Program-made: the position numbers and the translations under genes | The notes under the pieces: model-generated | Seen by the model: the letters and a program-made list of their open reading frames with translations, nothing else | What the model was told of the DNA's origin: nothing | Database searches by the model: none | Shown here: positions 45,513 to 58,460 of the stretch, piece by piece | How the letters are laid out: every line of letters begins with the position of its first letter | Numbering within the stretch: the first letter of the stretch is position 1 | Assembly (NCBI GenBank): GCA_964582155.1 | Contig: CAZOSA010000001.1 | Coordinates: forward strand, 7,878 to 71,877 | Reading direction: 5' to 3' | From: an uncultured Enterobacteriaceae bacterium | GTDB taxonomy: Bacteria; Pseudomonadota; Gammaproteobacteria; Burkholderiales; SG8-39 | Length of the DNA: 64,000 nucleotides

Positions 45513-47903
45513 ATGCGCGTCGCGTGGCTCAAAGATGTCCGCATGTCCGACCTGCCGCAGGTCGGCGGCAAGAACGCGTCGCTCGGCGAGATGATCGGCG
45601 CCCTGTCCGAGGCGGGCATCCGGGTTCCAGGCGGTTTTGCTACAACGGCGGACGCCTTTCGTGAATTCCTTGCGGCGGGTGACCTGGGTCAGCGCATCGC
45701 GAGGCGCATCTCCGAATTGAACACCGCAGACGTCGAAGCGCTGGCGCGCTGCGGGTCCGAGATCCGGGCCTGGATCGAGGCGGCTCCATTTCCTGAAAAA
45801 TTAGAATCAGATATAAGGTTGTATTATCAGAATATTACAGAACTATATTCAAGTGATGTCTCGTTTGCTGTGAGGTCTTCGGCCACAGCCGAAGACTTGC
45901 CCGACGCCTCCTTTGCCGGTCAGCAGGAATCCTTTTTAAACATCCGCGGCGCGGACAACATCCTGCAAGCGATCCGCCATGTATTCGCCTCCTTGTACAA
46001 CGACCGCGCCATCTCCTACCGTGCCCACCAGGGCTTCGCGCACGGCGATGTAGCGCTGTCGGCGGCCGTGCAGCAAATGGTGCGCAGCGACCTGGGGGCG
46101 AGCGGTGTCATGTTCACCCTGGACACGGAGTCCGGGTTCCGCGATGTGGTCTTCATCACCTCCTCCTACGGCCTGGGCGAGATGGTGGTGCAGGGCGCGG
46201 TCAATCCGGACGAGTTCTACGTGCACAAGCAGATGCTCGAGCGCGGCAAGCCTGCGGTGATCCGGCGCGGGCTCGGCTCAAAGCTGCAGAAAATGGAATT
46301 TACGTCTACCGCTGCCGCCGGACGTTCCGTGCGCACCGTCGAAGTCGCCACTGCGGATCGGCTCCGGTTTTCCCTGGCCGACGCCGACGTGCTGGAGTTG
46401 GCGCGAGCCGCGCTCGCGATCGAGAAGCATTACGGAGGGCCGATGGATATCGAGTGGGGCAAGGACGGCAAGGACGGCCTGCTCTACGTCCTGCAGGCAC
46501 GCCCGGAAACGGTCAAGTCGCGCGCGCGCGGCGAGACCGAGAAGCGCTACCGGCTCAAGGAACGCGGCCGCGTATTGGCCAGCGGGCGCGCCATCGGGCA
46601 AAAGATCGGCGCCGGCAAGGTGCGCTTGGTCGCCAGCGTGGCTCTGATGTCGAGCGTGAAAAAAGACGACGTGCTGGTCACCGACATGACCGACCCGAAC
46701 TGGGAGCCAGTGATGAAGCTCGCCTCGGCGATTGTCACCAATCGCGGCGGGCGCACCTGCCATGCCGCGATCATCGCTCGCGAGCTCGGCATCCCCGCGG
46801 TGGTCGGCTGCGGCGACGCCACGGAGCGACTGCACGATCGCCAGGCGGTCACGGTGTCCTGCGCTGAAGGCGATACGGGCAACGTTTACGAGGGAAACCT
46901 GCCGATTGAAGTGAGCTCCGTCGAGCGCGGCGAGATGCCCGAGATTCCGGTGAAAATCACCATGAACGTAGGCAACCCGCGGCTCGCGTTCGATTTCGCC
47001 CAATTGCCCAACGCCGGGGTCGGCCTGGCACGCATCGAGTTCATCATTAACAACGAGATCGGCGTGCACCCGCGCGCCTGCCTGGAGCATGCGGCGCTTC
47101 CTGCGGAGTTGCGCGCCAAGGTGCAAGCCGCGGCGAGCGGCTACGCCGACCCGACGAGCTTTTTTCGCGAGAAGCTGGTCGAGGGCGTTGCCACCATTGC
47201 GGCCGCTTTCTGGCCCAAGCCGGTGATCGTGCGTCTGTCCGACTTCAAGTCGAACGAGTACCGCAAGCTGCTGGGCGGCGAGCGCTTCGAGCCGGAGGAA
47301 GAGAACCCGATGCTGGGATTTCGCGGCGCTTCGCGTTACCTGGCCGAGACTTTTCGGCCCTGTTTCGAACTTGAATGCGCCGCCCTGCGCAAGGTGCGCG
47401 GCGAGCTCGGCCTTACCAATGTCGAGCTGATGGTGCCCTTCGTGCGCACCGTGGACGAGGCGCGGCGGGTGATCGAGTTGCTGTCGCGCAACGGTCTGCG
47501 CCGCGGCGAAGACGGCCTCAGGATCGTGATGATGTGTGAGTTGCCCTCCAACGCGCTGCTGGCCGACGCCTTCCTCGAGCACTTCGACGGTTTTTCCATC
47601 GGTTCCAACGACCTTACGCAGCTCACGCTCGGCCTGGATCGGGATTCCGGCCTGGTGGCCGAGATATTCGACGAGCGCAATCCTGCTGTGAAGGCGTTGC
47701 TGGCCATGGCGATCCGCGCCTGCCGCAAGCAGGGCAAATATGTCGGTATTTGCGGCCAGGGCCCTTCGGACCACCCGGACCTCGCGATCTGGCTGATGGA
47801 GCAGGGCATCGACAGCCTGTCGCTCAACCCGGATACGGTCGTCGCCACGTGGCAGGCGCTCGCCGCAGCGCCACCGGCGCCGCGGCGTTCAGCGGCTGCG
47901 TAG
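45513..47903 (+). CDS. ppsA: phosphoenolpyruvate synthase
   Basis: [30 protein letters not shown], phosphohistidine loop [24 protein letters not shown], and C-terminal [12 protein letters not shown]. Collinear with E. coli PpsA throughout. Confidence 0.96.
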   Translation: MRVAWLKDVRMSDLPQVGGKNASLGEMIGALSEAGIRVPGGFATTADAFREFLAAGDLGQRIARRISELNTADVEALARCGSEIRAWIEAAPFPEKLESDIRLYYQNITELYSSDVSFAVRSSATAEDLPDASFAGQQESFLNIRGADNILQAIRHVFASLYNDRAISYRAHQGFAHGDVALSAAVQQMVRSDLGASGVMFTLDTESGFRDVVFITSSYGLGEMVVQGAVNPDEFYVHKQMLERGKPAVIRRGLGSKLQKMEFTSTAAAGRSVRTVEVATADRLRFSLADADVLELARAALAIEKHYGGPMDIEWGKDGKDGLLYVLQARPETVKSRARGETEKRYRLKERGRVLASGRAIGQKIGAGKVRLVASVALMSSVKKDDVLVTDMTDPNWEPVMKLASAIVTNRGGRTCHAAIIARELGIPAVVGCGDATERLHDRQAVTVSCAEGDTGNVYEGNLPIEVSSVERGEMPEIPVKITMNVGNPRLAFDFAQLPNAGVGLARIEFIINNEIGVHPRACLEHAALPAELRAKVQAAASGYADPTSFFREKLVEGVATIAAAFWPKPVIVRLSDFKSNEYRKLLGGERFEPEEENPMLGFRGASRYLAETFRPCFELECAALRKVRGELGLTNVELMVPFVRTVDEARRVIELLSRNGLRRGEDGLRIVMMCELPSNALLADAFLEHFDGFSIGSNDLTQLTLGLDRDSGLVAEIFDERNPAVKALLAMAIRACRKQGKYVGICGQGPSDHPDLAIWLMEQGIDSLSLNPDTVVATWQALAAAPPAPRRSAAA

Positions 47904-48332
47904 CAGCTTTTGCTTGTCGCGCTGCCACTGCTTTTCACGCTCGGCCGCCCGCTTGTCGTGCTTCAACTTGCCGCGCGCGAGTCCCATCTCCAGCTTGATG
48001 CGCCCCTTGCTGAAATGCAGGTCGAGCGGGATCAGCGCGTAGCCGCGCTGCTGCACCTTGCCGATCAGGCGGCGGATTTCCTCGGCATGCAGCAGGAGCT
48101 TGCGCGTGCGCCCGGGGTCCGGTGTGTAATGCGTGGACACCGTTGCGAGCGGCATGATGTTGCCGCCGATCAGCCACAGTTCTTCCGCCTTGATCAGCAC
48201 GTAGGCATCCGCCAGCTGCGCGCGGCCCGCGCGGATCGCCTTGACCTCCCAGCCCTCGAGCGCGAGGCCGGCTTCGTAGCGTTCCTCGATGAAGTAATCG
48301 TGGAAGGCCTTGCGGTTCTGGGAAATCGACAT
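47889..48332 (-). CDS. smpB: SsrA-binding protein SmpB
   Basis: ATG 48332 inside ORF 47889..48380 gives [36 protein letters not shown]. Confidence 0.95.
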   Translation of the reverse strand: MSISQNRKAFHDYFIEERYEAGLALEGWEVKAIRAGRAQLADAYVLIKAEELWLIGGNIMPLATVSTHYTPDPGRTRKLLLHAEEIRRLIGKVQQRGYALIPLDLHFSKGRIKLEMGLARGKLKHDKRAAEREKQWQRDKQKLLRSR

Positions 48333-48364
48333 GGGCGCACTCGGGCTGAAGCCGCGATTCTCCC

Positions 48365-48808
48365 ATGAAGCGCATCGCACGCTCCGCCATTGTCGAGCAC
48401 GCCGCAGCCGCGATGTACGCGTTGGTCGAGCGCGTCGAGGACTATCCGCAGTTCCTGCCCTGGTGCCGGGAGGCGCGCGTGCGCGAGCGCGCCCCGGAAC
48501 GCACCGTGGCGACGCTGGCCGTAGGCTTGAAGGGATTGCGCTACGAGTTCACCACGGAGAACTCGAACCGGCCGCACGAAGCGATCGACTTGCAGCTGCG
48601 CAAGGGTCCGTTCCGCCACTTTGCGGCACACTGGCGCTTTCGCGCGCTGGGCGAGCATGCTGCGCGCATCGACTTTGCGATGGAATATGAATTCTCGGGC
48701 GCCGTCGTTTCCAGGGCGCTCGGGCCCCTGTTCGACGCGATCGCCGACAGCATGGTCGACGCCTTCAAGCGCCGGGCGGACTCGGTGTATGGCCAAGCTG
48801 CGCATTGA
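48365..48808 (+). CDS. ratA: SRPBCC/RatA-family protein (ribosome association toxin RatA / CoQ-binding homologue)
   Basis: 147 aa with [17 protein letters not shown]. Divergent from smpB and followed by rnfH, as in the E. coli ratA-ratB/smpB arrangement. Confidence 0.85.
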   Translation: MKRIARSAIVEHAAAAMYALVERVEDYPQFLPWCREARVRERAPERTVATLAVGLKGLRYEFTTENSNRPHEAIDLQLRKGPFRHFAAHWRFRALGEHAARIDFAMEYEFSGAVVSRALGPLFDAIADSMVDAFKRRADSVYGQAAH

Positions 48809-49049
48809 GGTGGTCCAGGCGCTGCCGGGCCGCCAGGATCAGGTGGCGTTGGAACTCGAGGAGGGCGCCACGGTGCGCATGGCGCTGGCGGCCGCGGGCA
48901 TGCCTGGCGGCCATGCCGTGGGCATTTACGGCCGGCGCACGTCGCTGGACGCCCGCCTCGCCGACGGCGATCGCGTGGAGATCTACCGGCCGCTGCGCGC
49001 GACTCCGAAGGAGTCGCGCCGCCGCCGCGCCCTCAGGGGGCAGCGCTAG
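48789..49049 (+). CDS. rnfH: RnfH-family ubiquitin-fold protein (UPF0125, RatB/PasI-like)
   Basis: ATG 48789 inside ORF 48621..49049 gives [29 protein letters not shown]...GDRVEIYRPL. Overlaps the ratA end by 20 nt. Confidence 0.82.
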   Translation: MAKLRIEVVQALPGRQDQVALELEEGATVRMALAAAGMPGGHAVGIYGRRTSLDARLADGDRVEIYRPLRATPKESRRRRALRGQR

Positions 49050-49055
49050 GCCGGC

Positions 49056-49532
49056 TCAGCCGCACCAGTCGCGGACCGTCGCACGCGCTTTCTCGGTTTC
49101 GGCAGCCCGCGCGTCGTCCTCGAGGTAGTAGCGCTCGCCCTGCGCGTTGGTGCGCGAGATGCGCTGCCCGCTTTCGAAAGTGGCGAGGGATTCCCGCGCG
49201 CGAGCGCAGTTCTCCTGTTTGGCCTCCGTGTCCTTGCGCGCCTGTTCCGTTTTTTCCTGTGCCTTCTGCGCGTCCATCTGGCGCTTGCGGAACGCCTGCT
49301 CCTGCTCCACCGGGGTGAGCGGACCTTTACGCGCGTCCTCTGCGGTGGCGTCCGGCGAGGCTGCCGGCGCCGAGGGACCGGCGGGCGCGATGATCGTCTT
49401 TGCCTTCACGCCCGGCGGCGGCGGAGTATTCGTGTAGTGCACCTTGCCGTCCTTGTCTACCCAGCGGTACATCTGCGCCGACGCAACGGCGGTGAAAACC
49501 AGCATCGAGCCGAGAACCAGGAGTCGCATCAT
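49056..49532 (-). CDS. secreted DUF4124-like protein
   Basis: This is the terminal 158 aa of artefactual ORF 49056..51128. Signal peptide MMRLLVLGSMLVFTAVASAQ, then MYRWVDKDGKVHYTNTPPPP (DUF4124-type motif, recalled from memory) and a charged helical tail. Confidence 0.7.
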   Translation of the reverse strand: MMRLLVLGSMLVFTAVASAQMYRWVDKDGKVHYTNTPPPPGVKAKTIIAPAGPSAPAASPDATAEDARKGPLTPVEQEQAFRKRQMDAQKAQEKTEQARKDTEAKQENCARARESLATFESGQRISRTNAQGERYYLEDDARAAETEKARATVRDWCG

Positions 49533-49550
49533 GGTGAATTCCTCTTCTGA

Positions 49551-51077
<1,527 letters not shown>

Positions 51078-51084
51078 GATCGGG

Positions 51085-53530
<2,446 letters not shown>

Positions 53531-53531
53531 G

Positions 53532-54371
53532 CTACTTTCCGGTCCAGCGCGGCGGGCGCTTCTCCACGAACGCGCGCACGCCCTCCCGGAAATCGGCGCT
53601 GCCGTAGGTCTTGGCAACCAGGTCATCGCCGTCGGGCAGGGCGCGGGATTCCTGGATGCGGCGCACTGCTTCCTTGGTGACCCAAAGCGTGATCGGCGCG
53701 TGCGAGGCAATTTTCTCGGCCATCTCCCGCACCCGCGCATCGATCGTCTCGGCAGGTGCAATCTCGTGGACGAAGCCCGCGGCGAGCGCCTCGTCGGCCG
53801 AAAGGAGACGGGCCGTGAAGATCATCTCCTTGAGACGAGATGGCCCGAGAAGGTCCATGTAGCGTGCGTAGTTCTTCATCGACAGGCAGTTACCGAGCGT
53901 GCGGGCAATTGGCGCGCCGAAGCGGGCGTCCGGCGTCGCGATGCGAATATCGGCGCCGGCGGCGATGCCGAAGCCGCCTCCCACCGCGAAACCCTGGATC
54001 TGCGCGATCACCGGCTTTTTGACGCGCGCGATACGGCCCGTGCGTTGGTCGCCGTCGCGCTCGTAGCGCAACCCGTCCTCGGCGCCTTCGAATTTGGTGA
54101 ACTGGCTGATGTCCGTGCCCGCGACAAACGCCTTCCCCCCCGCGCCCTTGAGCACCAGGACGCGGATCGACTCGTCGGCATCGACCTCCTCGCAGGTCTC
54201 GTAGAGCCGCTGGTACATATCCCAGGTCATGGCGTTGCGCGCCTCGGGGCGGTTGAAGGTGACCGTGACGATGGGACCGTCGCGCGTGACAAGCACGTGG
54301 TCGCTGGGCGAAGGGGTGGTTTCCACGGGAAGCAGGGTTCCTCGATTCGGGTTCGGCGGGAATCGTATCAT
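53532..54371 (-). CDS. enoyl-CoA hydratase/isomerase-family protein
   Basis: Crotonase fold motifs NRPEARNAMT, KGAGGKAFVAGTDI and GFAVGGGFGIAAGADIRIA. The start may lie downstream of the annotated ATG. Confidence 0.85.
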   Translation of the reverse strand: MIRFPPNPNRGTLLPVETTPSPSDHVLVTRDGPIVTVTFNRPEARNAMTWDMYQRLYETCEEVDADESIRVLVLKGAGGKAFVAGTDISQFTKFEGAEDGLRYERDGDQRTGRIARVKKPVIAQIQGFAVGGGFGIAAGADIRIATPDARFGAPIARTLGNCLSMKNYARYMDLLGPSRLKEMIFTARLLSADEALAAGFVHEIAPAETIDARVREMAEKIASHAPITLWVTKEAVRRIQESRALPDGDDLVAKTYGSADFREGVRAFVEKRPPRWTGK

Positions 54372-54458
54372 CAGGCGCCGAACGGAGTTATGCTACGGCG
54401 CCCGGGAACAGCAGGCGCTCTTGTCTGCGGGGATTTTTCAATGAGGAGGAACCTTCAG

Positions 54459-55445
54459 ATGTACACACAGCGTCTGCTTTTGGCTTTGGCTCCGTCCATC
54501 GCACTGCTCCTGGCGTGCGCCGGCGATGCACTTGCGCAGGTGAAATACCCGTCGAAGACCGTCGAGGTGGTGGTGCCCTATGCCCCCGGCGGCGGCACCG
54601 ACAACCTGATGCGCATGATCACCGGCATCATGGACGAGAACAAATGGTCCCCGGTGCCGATCAACGTGAACAACCGCGCCGGGGGCAGCGGCGCGGTCGG
54701 CTACACTTACCTGATTAACAAGCGGGGCGATTCCCACGTGGTGGCCGGCGCCACCCCGATGGTCGTCTCGGGCAAGATCGAGGGGCGGCTGTCGGGGAAC
54801 CACCGCGACGGCATGACGATGCTGATGATCGTCGCCATCGACGAGCTCATGCTCACGGTGCGCACCGAGTCGCCATTCAAGACCGTCGACGATTTTGTCA
54901 ACGCCGCGCGCGCCAAGCCCGACCAGCTCACCGTGGGCGGCACCGCCACCTACAGCGAGGACCACATCTTCACCCACCTGTTCGAGCAGGCGGCGAAGAT
55001 CAAGGTGAAGTACGTGCCCTTCAATTCGGGCGGTGAGGTGACGGCGGCACTGATGGGCGGCCACATCGATGCCAGCGTCATGAATCCGAACGAGGTGGTG
55101 GCCCAGGTCGAGGCGGGCAAGGCGAAGAACCTTGCAGTCGCCGCGCGCAAGCGTCTTGCCGACGCCCCGGACGTGCCGACGTTCGCCGAGAAGGGCTACG
55201 AGTTCTATTGGGAGCAGATGCGCGGGGTCGTGGGGCCGGCGAACATGGCGCCCGAGGCGGTGGCCTGGTGGCAGGACACGCTGAGGAAGGTGACCGCGAC
55301 GAAGAAGTGGCAGGATCTGTACATCAAGCGCAATCTGCTGACGCCGACCGCGTGGGTGGGTGACGAAGCCAACAAGTACCTCGACGGCCTCACCGGCAAA
55401 TACCAGAGCGCCCTTGGCGCGCTAGGCGCCCTCAAGAAGAAGTAG
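54459..55445 (+). CDS. tctC: tripartite tricarboxylate transporter substrate-binding protein (Bug/TctC family)
   Basis: ATG 54459 is preceded by GAGGAGGA. Signal peptide MYTQRLLLALAPSIALLLACAGDALA, then KYPSKTVEVVVPYAPGGGTDNLMR, typical of the Bug family. Confidence 0.88.
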   Translation: MYTQRLLLALAPSIALLLACAGDALAQVKYPSKTVEVVVPYAPGGGTDNLMRMITGIMDENKWSPVPINVNNRAGGSGAVGYTYLINKRGDSHVVAGATPMVVSGKIEGRLSGNHRDGMTMLMIVAIDELMLTVRTESPFKTVDDFVNAARAKPDQLTVGGTATYSEDHIFTHLFEQAAKIKVKYVPFNSGGEVTAALMGGHIDASVMNPNEVVAQVEAGKAKNLAVAARKRLADAPDVPTFAEKGYEFYWEQMRGVVGPANMAPEAVAWWQDTLRKVTATKKWQDLYIKRNLLTPTAWVGDEANKYLDGLTGKYQSALGALGALKKK

Positions 55446-55463
55446 GCGCAGGGGCTGCCCACG

Positions 55464-55919
55464 GTGCGCCGCGCCGACCGCATCGCCGGGGCGATGCTGC
55501 TCGCGTTTGCCGTGTCATTCTCTGCGGGCGCACTCAGTCATTACACCTACTCGGGACCGGGCGGCCCGGGGTCGGCGTTCCTGCCGTTCTGGCTGGGCGT
55601 CATCATGTCCCTGCTCGCCGGGCTGCTGCTGGTGGGCGCCCTGCGCTCGCGCGATCCCGGGGCCGAATGGCTGCCCCGGGGCGAGGGGCTCAGGCGGATC
55701 GCCGTGGTGCTGGGCGTCACGATTGCCTTTGTGGCGCTGCTCAATGTTGTGGGCATGATCCTGGGAACGGCACTGTTCCTGATCGTCCTGATGCGAGCCC
55801 TCGATCGCAACCCTTGGCCGCTCACCCTGTCGGTGGCGGCTGCGACCGCCGGGCTCAACTACCTGGTCTTCACCTACTGGCTGCGGGTGCCTTTCCCCGT
55901 GAGCGTGCTCGGGATCTGA
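55464..55919 (+). CDS. tctB: tripartite tricarboxylate transporter TctB-family small membrane subunit
   Basis: 151 aa with about 4 hydrophobic segments, located between tctC and tctA. Confidence 0.78.
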   Translation: MRRADRIAGAMLLAFAVSFSAGALSHYTYSGPGGPGSAFLPFWLGVIMSLLAGLLLVGALRSRDPGAEWLPRGEGLRRIAVVLGVTIAFVALLNVVGMILGTALFLIVLMRALDRNPWPLTLSVAAATAGLNYLVFTYWLRVPFPVSVLGI

Positions 55920-55930
55920 GCGGCGGGCCG

Positions 55931-57454
55931 ATGGACTTTTTCGCCAACCTCACGATGGGCTTCACGGTCGCGCTGACGCCATTCAATCTGCTCATGGCGA
56001 CCGGCGGCGTGACCGTAGGCATTCTGATCGGCGCGCTGCCGGGCATCGGACCGCCTTCTGGGGTCGCGCTGCTGCTGCCGCTCACCTTCGGCATGGAGCC
56101 CACCTCCGGGATCATCATGCTGGCCGCCCTCTACGCGGGCTCGATGTACGGCGGAACCATCACCTCGGTGCTGATCAACACGCCGGGAGAATCCGCATCG
56201 GTCGTCACCTGCCTCGATGGCTACCAGATGGCGCTGCAGGGACGCGCGGGGCCGGCGCTGGGCATCGCTGCAATCGGCTCGTTCATCGCAGGCACGATCG
56301 GCGTGGTCCTCCTGATGCTGGTGTCGCCGGCGCTCGCGCGCTGGTCTCTTTCCTTCGGCCCGCCGGAGACCTTCGCTCTCATGCTGCTCGGTCTCACGAC
56401 GGTCACCTTGCTCACCGGGGATAACGCACTGAAAGGCTATATCAGCATGGTGCTGGGGCTCATGCTCGCCATGGTCGGCTTCGACATCATCTCCGGGGAC
56501 GCGCGCTACGCCTTCGGCATCCCCGAGATGATGGACGGGATGGACTTCCTGCCGGTCGCAATCGGCTTGTTCGGGCTGGGGGAAGTGCTGGCCGGGGCGG
56601 AGGTGGCTGCAGGCAACACCATCCTCCAGGGGCGCTACGGCATTCGGGACGTGTTGCCGAGCGCCAAGGACTGGATGCGCAGCCGCTGGGCCATCGTCCG
56701 CGGCACGGTGCTCGGATTCTCGGTCGGTCTTCTGCCGGGCGCCGGCCCGACCGTCGCGTCGTTCCTTGCCTACACGGTGGAAAAGAAAGTCTCGAGGCAC
56801 CCGCAGGAGTTCGGAAAGGGCGCGATCGAGGGCGTGGCCGGGCCCGAGTCGGCCAACAACGCGGCGGCGACCGGGGCCATGGTCCCGATGCTGACGCTGG
56901 GCATCCCGGGCTCGGCGACGACTGCCATCATGCTCGGCGGCCTGATGATGTGGGGGCTGCGGCCGGGGCCGCTCCTGTTCGAGAAGAACCCCGAGTTCGT
57001 CTGGGGGCTGATCGCCTCGCAGTACATCGCCAACGTCATGCTGCTCGTCCTCAGCACCGCGTTCATCCCGCTGTTCGTGCGGGCGCTGCGGGTTCCCTAC
57101 GCCATCCTCATGCCGCTCATCATTGTCTTCTGCATTACCGGGGCCTATTCGCTGAAGAACAGCGTCTGGGACGTGGGACAGATGCTGGTGTTCGGGGTGC
57201 TCGGTTACGTGATGAAGAAGCTCGGCTACTCGCCTGCCGCCCTGGTACTCGCACTGGTGCTCGGGCCGCTGGCGGAACGCGCGCTGCGCCAGTCCCTGAT
57301 CATCTCCGACGCGGGGCTGGGCATCTTCTTCCTGCGACCCATCGCCGCCGTGCTCACCGTGGCGGCCCTGGCGGCAGTGGCGGTGCCTGTGGTGCGCGCC
57401 ATCCTGGCGGTGGTGCGCGGTCGCAAGCTCGCGGCCGCGTCGGGTGGCGGCTGA
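55931..57454 (+). CDS. tctA: tripartite tricarboxylate transporter permease TctA
   Basis: ATG 55931 inside ORF 55667..57454. MDFFANLTMGFTVALTPFNLL; a 507-aa polytopic membrane protein with GALPGIGP and the GxxxG-rich TctA pattern. Confidence 0.9.
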   Translation: MDFFANLTMGFTVALTPFNLLMATGGVTVGILIGALPGIGPPSGVALLLPLTFGMEPTSGIIMLAALYAGSMYGGTITSVLINTPGESASVVTCLDGYQMALQGRAGPALGIAAIGSFIAGTIGVVLLMLVSPALARWSLSFGPPETFALMLLGLTTVTLLTGDNALKGYISMVLGLMLAMVGFDIISGDARYAFGIPEMMDGMDFLPVAIGLFGLGEVLAGAEVAAGNTILQGRYGIRDVLPSAKDWMRSRWAIVRGTVLGFSVGLLPGAGPTVASFLAYTVEKKVSRHPQEFGKGAIEGVAGPESANNAAATGAMVPMLTLGIPGSATTAIMLGGLMMWGLRPGPLLFEKNPEFVWGLIASQYIANVMLLVLSTAFIPLFVRALRVPYAILMPLIIVFCITGAYSLKNSVWDVGQMLVFGVLGYVMKKLGYSPAALVLALVLGPLAERALRQSLIISDAGLGIFFLRPIAAVLTVAALAAVAVPVVRAILAVVRGRKLAAASGGG

Positions 57455-57500
57455 GGAGATTCAGGCTGGGGTTTCCCGGGCGGTTCGAGTTGGAGCCACC

Positions 57501-58460
57501 CTATACGACGCTCGAGTTCAGGGGCTGAAGCCGTTCCCGGCTGGGAGCCTGCACCACGCCCTTCTCGCAAATGATCGCCGTGATCAGGTCGGCTGGCGTC
57601 ACATCGAACGCCGGGTTTCTTACGGTTATTCCTTCCGGCGCCCAGCGCTGGCCGCGGTAGCCGGTGACTTCATCGGCAGGGCGCTCCTCGATCGGGATCA
57701 TCGAGCCCTCGCTGATGCTGGCGTCGAAGCTCGAGAGCGGCGCGGCCACGTAGAAGGGCAGGCCGTGGCGACGTGCGAGCACCGCGAGCGTGTAGGTGCC
57801 GATCTTGTTCGCCGTGTCGCCGTTGGCCGCGATGCGGTCCGCGCCGACGATCACCAGGTCCACATCCTTGCGGCTCATGAGGTGGCCCGCCATGTTGTCG
57901 GCGATCAGCGTGCACGCAATGCCTTCCTGCATGCATTCCCATGCGGTCAACCGCGCGCCCTGGAGGTAGGGCCTGGTTTCACACGCGATGACTGAAACAT
58001 CCTTGTCGCGCGCCGAACGGATGACGCCCAGCGCCGTGCCGTGACCGGAGGTGGCCAGCGCGCCGGTATTGCAGTAGGTCAGGATGCGGGCGCCCTGCGG
58101 GATCAGCTTCGCGCCATGCGTGCCGATTGCGCGGTTCACGGCGAGGTCTTCGGCGAAGATCGCCTCGGCTTCGGCTTTCTTGTCCGGCGCCCGGCGCATG
58201 CGCTCCAGCGCCCAGAACAGGTTGACGGCCGTGGGCCTGCTTTTTCCGAGGATTTCGTAGGAGGACTCCTCGGGCTGCAGCGCGATACCGAACGCCGCCG
58301 CGCAGCCGATGGCCGGCGCGCCGCGCACCGCCATGTCGCGGATCGCGGCGGCGACGTCAGCAGCGGTCCGGCAGGTCAGGTAGACGATTTGATCCGGCAG
58401 CAAGCGCTGGTCCAGCACTTCCAGCGCATTCCCAGTCCAGCGCAGGGCCTGGACTTTCAC
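57501..58460 (-). CDS. mtnA: S-methyl-5-thioribose-1-phosphate isomerase
   Basis: This is the terminal 319 aa of artefactual ORF 57501..59303. (M)KVQALRWTGNALEVLDQRLLP, VRGAPAIGCAAAFG, CNTGALAT and GADRIAANGDTANKIGTY. The GTG start overlaps the upstream gene's stop (GTGTGA). My manual base count here differed by 1 nt from the ORF track, so I followed the track. Confidence 0.88.
   Translation of the reverse strand: MKVQALRWTGNALEVLDQRLLPDQIVYLTCRTAADVAAAIRDMAVRGAPAIGCAAAFGIALQPEESSYEILGKSRPTAVNLFWALERMRRAPDKKAEAEAIFAEDLAVNRAIGTHGAKLIPQGARILTYCNTGALATSGHGTALGVIRSARDKDVSVIACETRPYLQGARLTAWECMQEGIACTLIADNMAGHLMSRKDVDLVIVGADRIAANGDTANKIGTYTLAVLARRHGLPFYVAAPLSSFDASISEGSMIPIEERPADEVTGYRGQRWAPEGITVRNPAFDVTPADLITAIICEKGVVQAPSRERLQPLNSSVV

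Noticed and set aside
45875-45896. Perfect 9-bp inverted repeat GTCTTCGGC-CACA-GCCGAAGAC inside ppsA.
   Set aside because: It encodes the invariant SSATAED motif. Ser-Ser-Ala and Ala-Glu-Asp codons are near reverse complements of each other, so the palindrome is largely forced by the amino-acid sequence (the GC-rich synonymous version would also be palindromic).
47889-48332. Expected a tmRNA (ssrA) gene next to smpB.
   Set aside because: The downstream side of smpB overlaps the convergent ppsA end, and the upstream side is ratA. There is no room for a tRNA-like/tmRNA sequence, so ssrA must be elsewhere in the genome.
48365-49049. ratA-rnfH pair next to smpB as a novel toxin-antitoxin system.
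   Set aside because: This is the widely conserved, already described RatA(YfjG/PasT)-RatB(YfjF/RnfH/PasI) pair in its usual position divergent from smpB, so it is not novel.
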